Shown here piece after piece: positions 35,662 through 46,687 of a DNA stretch of 64,000 nucleotides. The stretch is from assembly GCF_038025025.1 (NCBI RefSeq), contig NW_027117351.1:62001-126000 (forward strand). Reading direction: 5' to 3'. A model generated the notes under the pieces. That model saw nothing but the letters and a program-made list of their open reading frames with translations. It ran no database searches and had not been told where the DNA came from. The DNA is from Phyllosticta citribraziliensis (Eukaryota). The number at the start of each line of letters is the position of its first letter. Positions within the stretch are counted from its first letter, which is position 1. The translations under genes and the position numbers were made by a program.

Positions 35662-36645
35662 ATGCCGCGCGAAGTCGAGCTTTCGAGGAACGAGCGCGAC
35701 TTCATCCTCCAGGCTCTGGGGGAAAACATCCGTCTGGATGGCCGCAAATTCGACGCATTCCGCGACCTTGACCTTTCGTTTGGAGACGAATATGGAGCTG
35801 CCGACGTGAAGCTGGGCAAGACCCGGTAAGAACTCTTGTCGGCATGTCTGCAAGCTTTTTACTAAACTTCATGCAGAGTTCTTGCTCGGGTCTCGGCAGA
35901 CGTAACGGCGCCTTTCGCAGACAGGAAATTCGACGGCGTCTTCAGCATCAGCACCGAATTCTCGCCCATGGCCTCGCCCGCCTTTGAAGTCGGCCGGTAC
36001 GTCGCGCTCAACCGTGTAGCTGGCGTAAAGCACCCTAACTGAACCCGCAGTCAGACAGACGCCGAGATAATCCTATCCCGCATCCTCGAAAAGGCCATTC
36101 GTCGGAGTGGCGCCCTAGACACAGAATCCCTCTGCATCGTGGCTGGCTCCAAGTGCTTCACCGTCAGAGCAGACGTACATATTCTCGACCATGACGGAGG
36201 CCTCATTGACGCCTCATGCATCGCGGTCATCGCCGCGCTTCAGCACTTCCGACGGCCGGACGTCTCCGTAGAAGGAGAAAAAGTCACCGTGTACAGCCCG
36301 AGGGAACGAGAGCCCGTGCCGCTGTCCTTGCTGCACCATCCCCTTTGCGTCACATTTTCATACTACAACGGCGGAGAAACGATGGTCGTCGACGCCACCA
36401 TGGCCGAGGAACAGGTGCGCGAGGGCGAAATCATCATCACCATGAACAAGTTCGGGGAGCTTTGCCAAATCGCAAAATACGGGGGCGAGGCAATTGATCC
36501 GGTGGCAGTCTTGCAGTGCACCAATGTGGCATTGGCAAAGGTCCAAGCCCTGGCAAAGTACATTTCTGGACGACTGGAAGAGGACGCGAAGAGGAGGGAT
36601 GCCGGAGGTCTCATGGCTGAGCTGAGCGCGGAGAATGAAAGATGA
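35662..36645 (+). CDS. RRP45: Exosome complex RNase PH-like subunit Rrp45; 3 exons
   Basis: ERDFILQAL..NIRLDGR, VKLGKTR|VLA, EFSPMASPAFEVGR, RILEKAIRRSGALDTESLCIVAG, AALQHFRRPDV. Confidence 0.94.
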
Positions 36646-37334
36646 GGTGACTGGAACATGTTTTGGTCAAGATGGAAACAACGCCAGGAATCGCTGAGCA
36701 CGGAGAGGACTCGGTTCGATTAAGGCTAAGGACAAGACCGCAAGAGTGCGTCGACCGATTCGCAGCACGTGGAGCCTGCTGAGCTCCATGTATCGTGATA
36801 AAGGGACACCAGTTGAAACGGGCCTATAGGTAGAAGAGAAACAACAGGGATGAAAGATGATTCGACGACGGCGAATACAGACAACAATAGACCCGGAGCC
36901 GGAAGTCGAGTGTTCCGCGTGAGGATGGTCCGATTCAAAGTGACGGGACCGGTCGGCTTACAAAACCTGTGACGTGCTCGGAATACATGTCAAGTCCAGA
37001 GCTGCTGGAGAGGTGCAACATTTGCAAGCAACGCGGTCTCGCTGCGGGCTTGGAGGAGTTTTTGTCGACGCCGAGATGAAGGTCGGTCGTCAAGGGGCTC
37101 CCGGTTCGGCTCAAAGGCGGGATGGCGCCAGTGACGTCAAGATACAATCCATTCAACTGCTTTTCCAAATCTGATGCCTCCGCTCGCTCCCATAGCTCCG
37201 GCTGGCGACTCGACCGTTCGCAATGATGCCTTTACCATTCGAGACGCTTCCTTCCCCGTGCTCCGTCGCTCGATCCCCGTACAAATAGGGCGCCGTTCCC
37301 TCTTTCCGCCGCCACACCACACTCGCATCTCAAC

Positions 37335-38260
37335 ATGGCATCCAAACTCGTTCCCTCCAATCCAGAGACCGTCATGGTCATTCGGGATGTTGTCCCCAAC
37401 GTCATCACCACCTGTTCGGTTCCTTTTGCGCGTTTTGGCCGCATCAAGATTGGAGGCAGAGGAACCATAGGTTTGTGAAGGTCTTTCCACCCTGTCTGCG
37501 CAAATGCTAACAGAGTCAATGCAGTCCGCTTGCAAAACGGATCCCTCGCCGTCTTTTCGCCCGTCGCGCTGACTGAAGAAGTCAAGAAGAAGGTCGAGTC
37601 CATGGGAGAGGTCAAATACATTACGGCTCTCGACGCCGAACATCACATCTTCCTCGGACCGTGGCACCAACAATACCCCAATGCGCGAGTACTCGGCCCA
37701 GAGACACTCCCTGAGAAGCGCGAGAAGCAGAAGAACGAAAAGGTCCCCTTTCACGTGGTGTTCGAGTCAACCAAGAAGCACGAGGTCACAGTCGATCCCG
37801 AGGTACGTTTTCCGGCGCAACGGCGGCGCCCAGCGCATGCTAACTCGCTTTGCAGTTTGACGCCGAATTCGAGTACGAATATGTCCACGCGCACGCAAAC
37901 AAGGAGCTCGTCTTCAACCACAAGCCCACCCGCACCCTGATCGAGGCCGACTTGGTCTTCAACATGCCGGCGACCGAGCAATACAGCAAGTCGGGCGTCG
38001 ACGGAAGCTCTGGAATCTTGACGAAGCTCTTCTCGACCTTTACACACATGCGAGGCGAGGCCATGGGCCAGAGGCGCTTCTTGTGGTATGGAGTGAGCAG
38101 CGGGGACAGGAAGGCTTTCAATGCGAGCATCGCCAAGATCAACGAGTGGGACTTTGAGCGCCTAATCCCCTGCCACGGCGACGTCATTGAAAGCGGCGCC
38201 AAGACGAGGTTTCAACAGGTCATGAAGTGGCATCTGGACGCAGCGTTGAAGGCGCAGTGA
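37335..38260 (+). CDS. DUF4336-family metallo-beta-lactamase-fold protein; 3 exons
   Basis: SVPFARFGRIKIGGRGTI|VRLQNGSLAVFSPVALT, ALDAEHHIFLGPW, NKELVFNHKPTRTLIEADLVFN, WDFERLIPCHGDVIE. Confidence 0.82.
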
Positions 38261-38531
38261 GCAGTAACATTTGGAGTTGTGGGAGCATGTGGCATTAGGA
38301 GGGGTTTCGGTGTATTTTCATGGCGCGCATAACGGAGGAGCATTGGCGTCTTTAGTTATACCCCGTCAGTAGCAAGTAATGGGAGTGTTTTGCCTCAGAA
38401 ATGCTTCACGGACGCGATCTGTGTGGTCGTGCTCCGGGACCCAATGAAACGCCGGCCGACAGCTGCGGTGGACCTCCGTCAACAAGCTGGAACCCCCCAA
38501 AGACAACCATGCCTGACAGTCGTTCGCGGCC

Positions 38532-41500
38532 ATGGACTTTGTACGCCCTCTTGCCAATGCCAACCTTGATTGCGGCGAATGCTCACATACTCCTAGTGGA
38601 CTCGGTTGATCGGCGGAACCAGCGCGCAGAAGAAACGCTCTACCCAAAACGATCCGCAGCAGCGACTCGCACGCTTCAAGCGCGTCTACAACCAGATTCT
38701 CGTGCGGCGCCCTTGCTTCTGATTACATGTTGCTTCTGATTACATGGCTGACGCTTTCCCAGAACACATGGCACAAGTCGACCTCCCTCGCAGGCGACCC
38801 GGCCGCTCTCGATAGCTTGCGAGCAAGCTTCCAGCGCCTGACATCGATACTCAACGAAGAATCCCGCGCTCCCGCTCCCCACCTCTGCCTACAATTTGCG
38901 TCTTCCTCCCAAATCTACTCGGCCATATCTCGCATCGCCTCGACATCACACAATGAAGCTCTGGTCAGGGATGCCGTGGCCGTCTTCGGCGCCCTCATCG
39001 ACAGCGAAGAGGAGGACTTTTTGGCCAATGAGCGCTTCGCCGAGGCCCTCATGACCTTTGTCTCCAAGATATCGAGCTCCAACATGCTGCTCATCGGCGA
39101 AGACACGGACGCGGAAATAGTCGAACTGCTCTTTGGCATCTCGGCCAAGATCCGGTTGGAGCCTGAAATACTGCCCGTGTGGTTTAGCTCCACCGGCAAG
39201 GTCGATTCGGATACGCGATCCGCAATTCTCAATAAGGTTGGATTCGCGGGCATCATCCGAAAGGAAGACTTTCCTCTCTGCTACCAGCTCATCGACCACG
39301 TCCACCACGAGGGGAGGATTGGCGATTTCGCGCGCACGGGCCTGCTCTACATCTTCGAGACGGCTTCCAAGTCGCGGGAATTGGAGCAATGGATTGTCGA
39401 GAGCGATCTGGCGACCCTCATGGCTAGCGGCCTTGGTGCCCTCTACAGCCAGCTCAGCCGGAAGCTCTCTGTTTTGCATCCTCCGGAGGACCGGCCAGTC
39501 ATTCTGACGCTTTCCGATTATCCCGACTACCACCTCCCTAATGATGCCGAGAGCATTTTCTCGCCAGGATTCCGCACTCACTTGGACACCTTCCTCTCGT
39601 ATCTCGCCTTTTGGCAGGACGTGCTCGAGCATTGCCGGTCTCCCGACGTGCGGCAGACGCTCATCGATCACTTTCAAGTCTTGTTCCTGCAACAGCTACT
39701 GTACGTCTTACTCTAGAAAAACGAGTTGTGCTGACCTTTCAGATATCCGTCCCTCCTTGAATCTTCCGACGTCGACGGAGGTTCATCTGTTGCCGTGCTA
39801 AACTACCTGAGACAAATCCTGGACGCACTCGACCACCACGAACTGGTCTACATGATTCTGCGCTACCTGCTGGCTCTCCCGGACGAAAATGCTGGACGCC
39901 AAAGATCTGCGTCCGTTTCACAACGTCGGTCAACGCTCATGCTGCTTTCCCGCCCGGAAGAGGACGAGACCATGAACCCGTCGCTTTTCAACTTGGTCGA
40001 TCTTTTGCTCAACAGCACCCAGTCTCGAAACCAGCAAACTGTCGTTTCTGCTTTAAAACTTGTCACAACGATCCTGGGCAAGAACCACAAGTACGCAACT
40101 GGCACACTCGTCAGGGTCACCGAGGTACACCACAAAGATCCGCAACGGACAATGGGAGCGCTCAACGCCGAAATCGAGTCATATCTCGATGTTGCTGAAG
40201 TGCTGGTGCCTGGATCTTCGCTCAATGCCGAGTACGATTCGTTCCTGAAAGATGTCATGAGTCTGCTGGAATCGCACCCTTGCTCCATGAAGATGCTTGC
40301 GCTCCATGGTCTCAACCTCCCAAGCCAGATTGCCGTGGACTATTTGGCCTCCGAAGCCCGCAAAGACGAACCCTTGTATCACCTCAACTCCGACGACGCG
40401 CTGTTCATGTCCCTGATGAAGATTCTCTCCAACTTCTTCACGAATACGGTGGACACCAATCTCAGCCTCACGGACGCAATTGTGAACTTGGCTTCCTGTC
40501 CCAACATGCGACTCGAAGGCTGGCTAGCCGTGGAACCAACCAAGTACCAATTCGACTCCAACCAAACTTTTGAAGAGGAAGATGAAGACCTTCGCGACAT
40601 TTTCAAGGCAAGAAGGAAACCATCATGGACGAAGCAGGCCACACCATCGCTCCTGGCTCAACTCAAACGCCTCATGGAACAGCTCGAGAGCCTCCGCAAA
40701 GAGATTCCAGACTTTGACGGCTACGTCGCAACGCGCAAGCAAGCCTTCCGCATGCACGAGGAGATCAACGAGGCCCTGCGCTCCACCGCCAACTTCCCTC
40801 CCCCATCGCCTTATCCCATGCCCCGCCGCGCGTCCGAAACGCCGCCTCCAGCAGCCGGCTTCCTCACGCCCCAGTTCGGCAAGCAAGTCCTGGAAGGCGC
40901 GGCCAGTCCCTTCCGCTCGCAGTCTCCCCGCGGCCGCAAGCTCACCAGCGCCGCGGACGGGCGCCCGCCGCCCTTCAAACTGACGACGGCCCCGTGGCTC
41001 GAGCCCGCGCCGTCGTCCAAGAAGACGTCCTCGTCGTCGTCCATGTCGCCCGACGCCAGCCGCGGCGCCAGTCCCTACCCCGGCGCAAACAGGACCGTCC
41101 CCCACATCCGCGCCCCGTCGCTCGGCACGATTCTCAAGCAGGTCCCCATGGACGCCGAGGTGCTCAAGCGCCCGGTCAAGTTCCCGGCCAGGGCGAAGCC
41201 GCAGCCGAAGAAGCCTGCGCGGGCGGCGGACATTCAGGAGGAGAGGGAGGAGGAGGCCAGGGCTGAACTGGATGACGTTGCCGACAGCGAGGGGCGGGCT
41301 GATGGATCGCCGAACGCTGCTGCAACTCCAGATGATGGGAACGCTGCCGCCGCCGAACAGCCCGAGGAGACCACGCTCCAAGGCAACAACGACGACGACC
41401 ATCACACGGACGCAGAGCAGGGCCCCGAGGAAGAGGAAATCGTCAAGGAGGTTACCCTCGGTCACGTGCTCACCAACGTCGTCATTCTGCAGCAGTTCGT

Positions 41501-41564
41501 CCTCGAGCTCGTTGCCATTTTGCAGGTGCGGGCGAGCTTGTTCCAGGAGGTCAAGTTTGCGTGA
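38532..41564 (+). CDS. FTS-Hook-interacting protein (FHIP; retinoic-acid-induced-16-like), dynein/early-endosome adaptor; 4 exons, first exon only 9 nt
   Basis: Splices to MDF|WTRLIGG...RLARFKRVYNQIL|NTW; KEDFPLCYQLIDHVHHEGRIGDFARTGLLY; SDLATLMASGLGALYSQLSRKL; QQLL|YPSLLESSDVDGGSS; LGHVLTNVVILQQFVLELVAILQVRASLF. Confidence 0.88.
38713..38746. repeat. Perfect 17-bp tandem duplication inside FHIP intron 2 (38702-38762)
   Basis: TTGCTTCTGATTACATG x2. Confidence 0.9.
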
Positions 41565-41951
41565 TGGGGTGGAGACAGAGAAGAATGAGGGGAGATGTTG
41601 TATATAGAATGAATCGCTCTGGCGGCGGAGGCAAGAAGGATAGAGGAAGAAATAACAGGACAGAATGTTCCAGCTGCAGATGAAGAAATACCTGACTCAT
41701 CCCGTTCGCTAAGTACGCAGGAAGCAGTTTTGAAAATTGAAGCCGGACACAGTGTCATGATGATGATGCATTCGGTGATGCTCTTATTTGCCCTGCCCTG
41801 CTCTGCCCTGCCCCGCCCCAGGCGTCTGCAATCCACTCGCGCTTCTACCCTATGCCAAATCCCAAATCGCTCCGTCTCTCCAAACCAAGGAAGCGCCCAA
41901 ACGCCAGACCAAATGCCCATCAATCAACCGCAGTCCACGCTGCCGCCCGTT

Positions 41952-43736
41952 CTAGCTACGAGCCCTCAAAAAGGGATGCGCCTCCGTGTTAAACACCCAC
42001 TCATCCAAGCTGACGACGTCGGGCTCGCTAAACAGCAAATAGTAATACTTGAGCGTCTCGGCGGTCCAAAAGCTCTCGCACGAGTCGACCTGGCCCGGGT
42101 TGCCCGGGTCGGCGACGTTGCTGATGGCGGCGTTGCCAATGTCGGTCGTCGTGTGGTTGACGACGGCCTTGAACATGTTCCAGCCCTTGTCCTGCAGGAC
42201 CTGGTCGCCGCTGATGCGGTACATGATGAAGACGGACTCGATGGCCTCGGGCCGCAGCATGTAGCGCGGGTCGGTGTAGGCCGTGAAGCCCGGCGGGAGG
42301 TGCTGGCTTTCGATGTAGTCCTTGATGACTTGGGGGTCTTTCTTGCCCGTGCGCTCGCCCACGGCTTCGTGCCACCGCGTCTGGTTCCATTTGCAGTCGT
42401 CGTCGCCCGGCTGGTCGCACGGCACCACTTGCAGGATCTCGGGCATGATGCCCGTCGGCGTCGACTCGTACGCCCAGATGCAGCCGTCGGTCAGCGCGCG
42501 CGCGACCTGGAGGTCCTGAGGGCGATTGAATATCTTGGCCGCGATGCCGACCATGCCGCCGGCGAAGCACGTCAAGTGCTGACCCTCGGGATCGAGGATG
42601 ACCTTGGTGCCGGCCATATAGCGGATGGTTCCCGAGAATAGGAGATCCAGGTTTTGCGGGTTCAGCGGCCGGAAGAACATGTGCTTTTTGGCCGCTTCTA
42701 TGGCGTCGATAAACATGCGCTTGTACTGCTCCACCACGCCGCCGAGCAGCAGGTACTCCTTGGGGAGGTATTCGTACAGCGAGTCGGCCATGGCGCCAAA
42801 GGTGAAGGATCGGTCGTACGTCAAACTCTTCTTCCTCGGATTGACGCTGATGGGCCACAGCCCTTTGACCTTGGTGTCGTCCTGCTGCGCCTCGAATTCG
42901 TCCGTGATCCGCGCAATGGCGTCGTAGTACTTGGGGTTGCCCGTGAGTTGGGACAGCCGGGTGAATTCCATGCTCAAGGATCCAATCTCGGCCACGACCG
43001 CAGAGGAGCCAGCTTCTTGCGTCGCGCCGTTGACGCCCTTGCGCCTCCAATCCCACCGCGTTATGGGAAACCGGTTCGGCGTGTCAAAGGCGCGATATAG
43101 CATCTCGCCCATTTCCGTCGCCTTTTGCAGCAGAATGGGGTACTTCTTCCCGCTCAAATCGTATGCGGACAAGAGCCCTCCCAGGTACCGAATGGTCGTC
43201 TCAAAAACATTAAGGTATCCCATGTCCGAGGTGGAAAAATCAATCCGCTTCAACGCCTTGACGGCCATTTCGAATTCGTCATGCAACCCCATTATCCAGA
43301 GGGTATCGAGTGAATCAACCAGCGTTGCGCCCCACCCACCAAACGTGTTTTTAAACTGGCCGGACAAGGGAGCCAGCTCGTCCTGCAGCCAGGCATACTT
43401 TTTGTAACCTTCCCACGAATGCACAAACGTCTCCTTGACAATGGAAAGCCGCCTCTCTCTTTCGATTCGGTGCTCGGGCGTCTCGCCAGCAAAACGGTCG
43501 TACTGAATCCTGGGAATGGTGGTGGGCCGCGCCGTGGGCAGCGGCCGGTACGAAGTTACGGGGAACTTTTCGGTGACGGATCCCCAGCGGATGGGTTTTT
43601 GGAGCTCGCGATCCGCGTACGAGCGCAGCGGTACCGGGCTCGGCGGCTCCCGCACGGATAGGTTGGAAACATGGTAGAGAGTGAGGATGGCGAAGACGGC
43701 CGTGACGAGGAGCAGGGTGGACCTGCGGGGAGGCAT
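41952..43736 (-). CDS. Glycoside hydrolase family 47 class I alpha-1,2-mannosidase, type II membrane protein; intronless
   Basis: N-terminal anchor; HSWEGYKKYAW.DEL.P; GWGATLVDSLDTL; VFETTIRYLGGLLSAY; GAMADSLYEYLPK; HLTCFAGGM; LRPEAIES; ESFWTAETLKY; FNTEAHP. Confidence 0.95.
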   Translation of the reverse strand: MPPRRSTLLLVTAVFAILTLYHVSNLSVREPPSPVPLRSYADRELQKPIRWGSVTEKFPVTSYRPLPTARPTTIPRIQYDRFAGETPEHRIERERRLSIVKETFVHSWEGYKKYAWLQDELAPLSGQFKNTFGGWGATLVDSLDTLWIMGLHDEFEMAVKALKRIDFSTSDMGYLNVFETTIRYLGGLLSAYDLSGKKYPILLQKATEMGEMLYRAFDTPNRFPITRWDWRRKGVNGATQEAGSSAVVAEIGSLSMEFTRLSQLTGNPKYYDAIARITDEFEAQQDDTKVKGLWPISVNPRKKSLTYDRSFTFGAMADSLYEYLPKEYLLLGGVVEQYKRMFIDAIEAAKKHMFFRPLNPQNLDLLFSGTIRYMAGTKVILDPEGQHLTCFAGGMVGIAAKIFNRPQDLQVARALTDGCIWAYESTPTGIMPEILQVVPCDQPGDDDCKWNQTRWHEAVGERTGKKDPQVIKDYIESQHLPPGFTAYTDPRYMLRPEAIESVFIMYRISGDQVLQDKGWNMFKAVVNHTTTDIGNAAISNVADPGNPGQVDSCESFWTAETLKYYYLLFSEPDVVSLDEWVFNTEAHPFLRARS

Positions 43737-44346
43737 GTTGAGGGCGACTATTTAGAGGGAGAAAGAGGGAGCATAGGTAACGACTGGAGAAAGCCAGGTT
43801 TAAGAAGAGCGATGGTGAGGACGGGGTCACAGTAGTGGGAGCTTGGCGGTTTTGGCCTGGCGTTGATGTAGGTTTGACCTGGGACCGGAGGTGGCGGACC
43901 GGGCAGCTTGGCGGGAGGTGAAGCTGAGCAAAGGAATGCAGAATTAAGAGAGAAAGGGGATTGACGACGATGGTGGTGTAGGAAATGCCCTAGACGGAGA
44001 AGAGAAAGAGAGTTGTTCAGGAGAACGACCAAAGAGGCTGTGACGCAGCAAGCAACAAGGGTCGTGGGGAAGCGAGCAGTGGACGTGGACAGCCTTGTGT
44101 CCCCCTATGGCAGCGATGGGCGCCGCCATACATGACGACCGACCACATTTGCTCGTGTTGGCCGTGTATACGGTCAGGCATGGTGGAGCAGCTCCACGTC
44201 CTCAGCCGCTGGATGGCTGGTCCCCGCCAAGACGACCGGACCTCCACCACTGCACGCGCCGCAAGCTATCGTGAGCTCCCACCTCACTTCCCCACAGCAC
44301 ATGGCCTAGGTTTCACTTTCCACCACGACAGCTTCATCTCCAAGTC

Positions 44347-45080
44347 ATGTCTCAGGTCACTGCGTGCGTCCCCTCTGTCTGTCGTCTCCAGTCGCTAACC
44401 CAACCTCCAGCATTTACTTCATCCCCGCCGGCCCCAGTGCCCCAGCGCTGTCCAGCCTCGTCGACCGCTTTATTCGCGCCTACGATCCCACCCCCTCTGG
44501 CCCCTTCCAGCTGCATCACCGCCTCTTCCGCTCCATGCCCACCTCGCCCACGGACAAGTCTCCCCCGACTCTGCAGCATGTCCTGTTCCTCGGCCACTAT
44601 TCCGAGAGCGCCTTTGTACACATTGTGCCCAACGGAGGCCAGGCAGACCCCAACGCCACAATCATCGCCATCCCGCCTGCACAAATGGAGCCCTACAGCA
44701 ACCTGCTCAATCTCAAATTCGGCGCGCTGTGGATGTACAGAATGGGATCCCAGCTTTCCGGGGGCACGTCCTACACCGCTGGAGATTTTACAGTCCGGAT
44801 TGGTGAGTTGAGGGAGATGCGCGGCCAAATGCTCACGCGGGGCACAATCATTTGCATTCAATCTGCAGGCCAGCCCGAGGACGCCACGATCAAAACCGAG
44901 TCTGCTGGAGAGGAACGGCCAGACTTGCAAGCCAAACAGGCTGCTGTCCGAGAAATCTGGTCCAAATTCGCCGTCCCAGGTGCCAAGGAATTCATGACGA
45001 TGCGGGAGCCTGGCAACGACGAAAACCCTTCCTTCGACGAAGTTCGACTCTGGTGCGAAGTCCTGCACCTGCAAAAATGA
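44347..45080 (+). CDS. MED20: Mediator subunit Med20 (Srb2)-like; short first exon MSQVTA plus one intron
   Basis: MSQVTA|IYFIP, FQLHHRLFR, KFGALWMYR, GTSYTAGDFTVRIGELR pattern of fungal Med20; GTGCGT...CTAAC...CAG intron. Confidence 0.7.
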
Positions 45081-45757
45081 GCTTCAGCGGCTCATGCCAG
45101 CATGTCCCGACGCGTCTACGGAGCCTGAAGCGCGGATGAGACGCAAAATGGCCGACCTTTCATTCCCGTGTACCTTTTGCATATCCATTGTCAAGTCGGC
45201 CAACCTGAAACCAGGACAAAACGCGGCTCTCAGATTGACGGCCCGCAAGGGCTTGCTCCGCCGCGGCATTAGTCTACGCACAAGCCAGCTCCAGATGCCT
45301 TTTGCGCTGCCATGACCTGTCTGAGGCTAGTTGTGGCCACCATCCTCTCGAGGTAGGTCTGTAAGCAGCCGGTAGCTTGTGCATGGATCCTGCATTTGCG
45401 GCGTGGGATATCGCCAGACGCGTCTGATCGCTGGTGTCGGCACAGATGTCGACGGCCGAGCTACCAGTTTCACTACGAAAAGACAAGACGGCCAGGTTGT
45501 TTTCAAACAAACCATGTCGTGTCAAGACTTGAGCGTGCGCTAAGTCGACGTGTGCTGATTCATCTGCTCATGGCCTGGAATTCAACAGTCGAGGAAATGC
45601 CGATATTCTCTGGATGGCATTCCAGCTACTTCTGTGTAAGTTTGCTTCGGGAGTCTGAGGTGTAGCAGTGGTATTTCCGAAATTTCGTTCTTCGGCCAGA
45701 CAAAGTACCTGCTTTGAGGTGCCTCTTATTGCTATCTTTCTAGAATGGAGCACTCCT

Positions 45758-46687
45758 TCACGACTCTCCCGGAAAGTAAAACGTGCCCTCCTCAAAAGCC
45801 GTCACGATCTTCTCCTCGGGCTGCGTCCACTGTCCCAACTCGCTGGCCTTGTCACTCTTGTTCATCAGCCACGACACCATGTTTCCAAACACTTCGCCGC
45901 CCGCCACGTTCAGATGCGTATTGTCGTCGTCGACGCGGTTATATCTGTGCGCATTGTCCTCGCCAATGGCGTTGAGGTAGCTGACCGACGCCTCGTTCAA
46001 GTCGAGCGCCAAGACGCCATTCTCCTGCGCTACGGCGAGCGTGGCGCTGCGCTGCTCTGCCAAGTCCTCCTTCACCTTGCCGCCGCTGAAGCTGCGGCGC
46101 GACAGCGGAGTTATGAGGATCTGGCCGGGTGGCGTGTGGTTAGCGCAAGCGGGAGGAGATCTGGAAAGGGGTGATGCTCACTGGGTTGCCGCCCGCGTCC
46201 TTGACTTCTTGGGCGAATTTCTTGAGGTTGGCCGAGTACTGCTCGAGCGTGACGCCGCTGTCGTCTTTCTGGTCGTTGTGGCCAAACTGCTCTCCGTCAG
46301 CGACCAATCCCAAACTCGACAGAAGAAGAAATCCCCCAACAACACAACGAGGGGACAAAAGAGACACACCTGTATCGTCACCCAAACGCTCTTACTCCCC
46401 TTGTTATCCTTGATCTCCCCCAGCACCTCGTCCCAGTCGCCGTCCTCTCGAAAACTCGCCGTCGTCGCGCCGTTGTGTCCGTAGTTCTTCCCCGACGCGC
46501 CGCCCGTCAACGTCTTGTCCAGGAAGCCGTCGCCCCAGCCGCCGCCCGAGCCGGACGGCGACGCCGTCGTCGAGTCGCCGGCGAGCACGAAGTAGCCGGG
46601 GTTGGCAGCGGCGCGGGGGATGAGGTTGACGGGGGATGCGGCGGCGAGGGCGGGCAGGAGGGAGAGGAGACGCGATGGGAGATGCAT
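45758..46687 (-). CDS. Secreted SGNH/GDSL esterase, carbohydrate esterase family 12 (rhamnogalacturonan acetylesterase-like); 3 exons
   Basis: Signal peptide; LAGDSTT, GGGWGDGF, GHNGATTASF, VTIQ|FGHNDQK, TPLSRR, DLNEAS, DNTHLN. Confidence 0.9.

Noticed and set aside
36712..36722. GGTTCGATT tRNA T-loop-like motif
   Set aside because: No T-stem, A box or cloverleaf around it.
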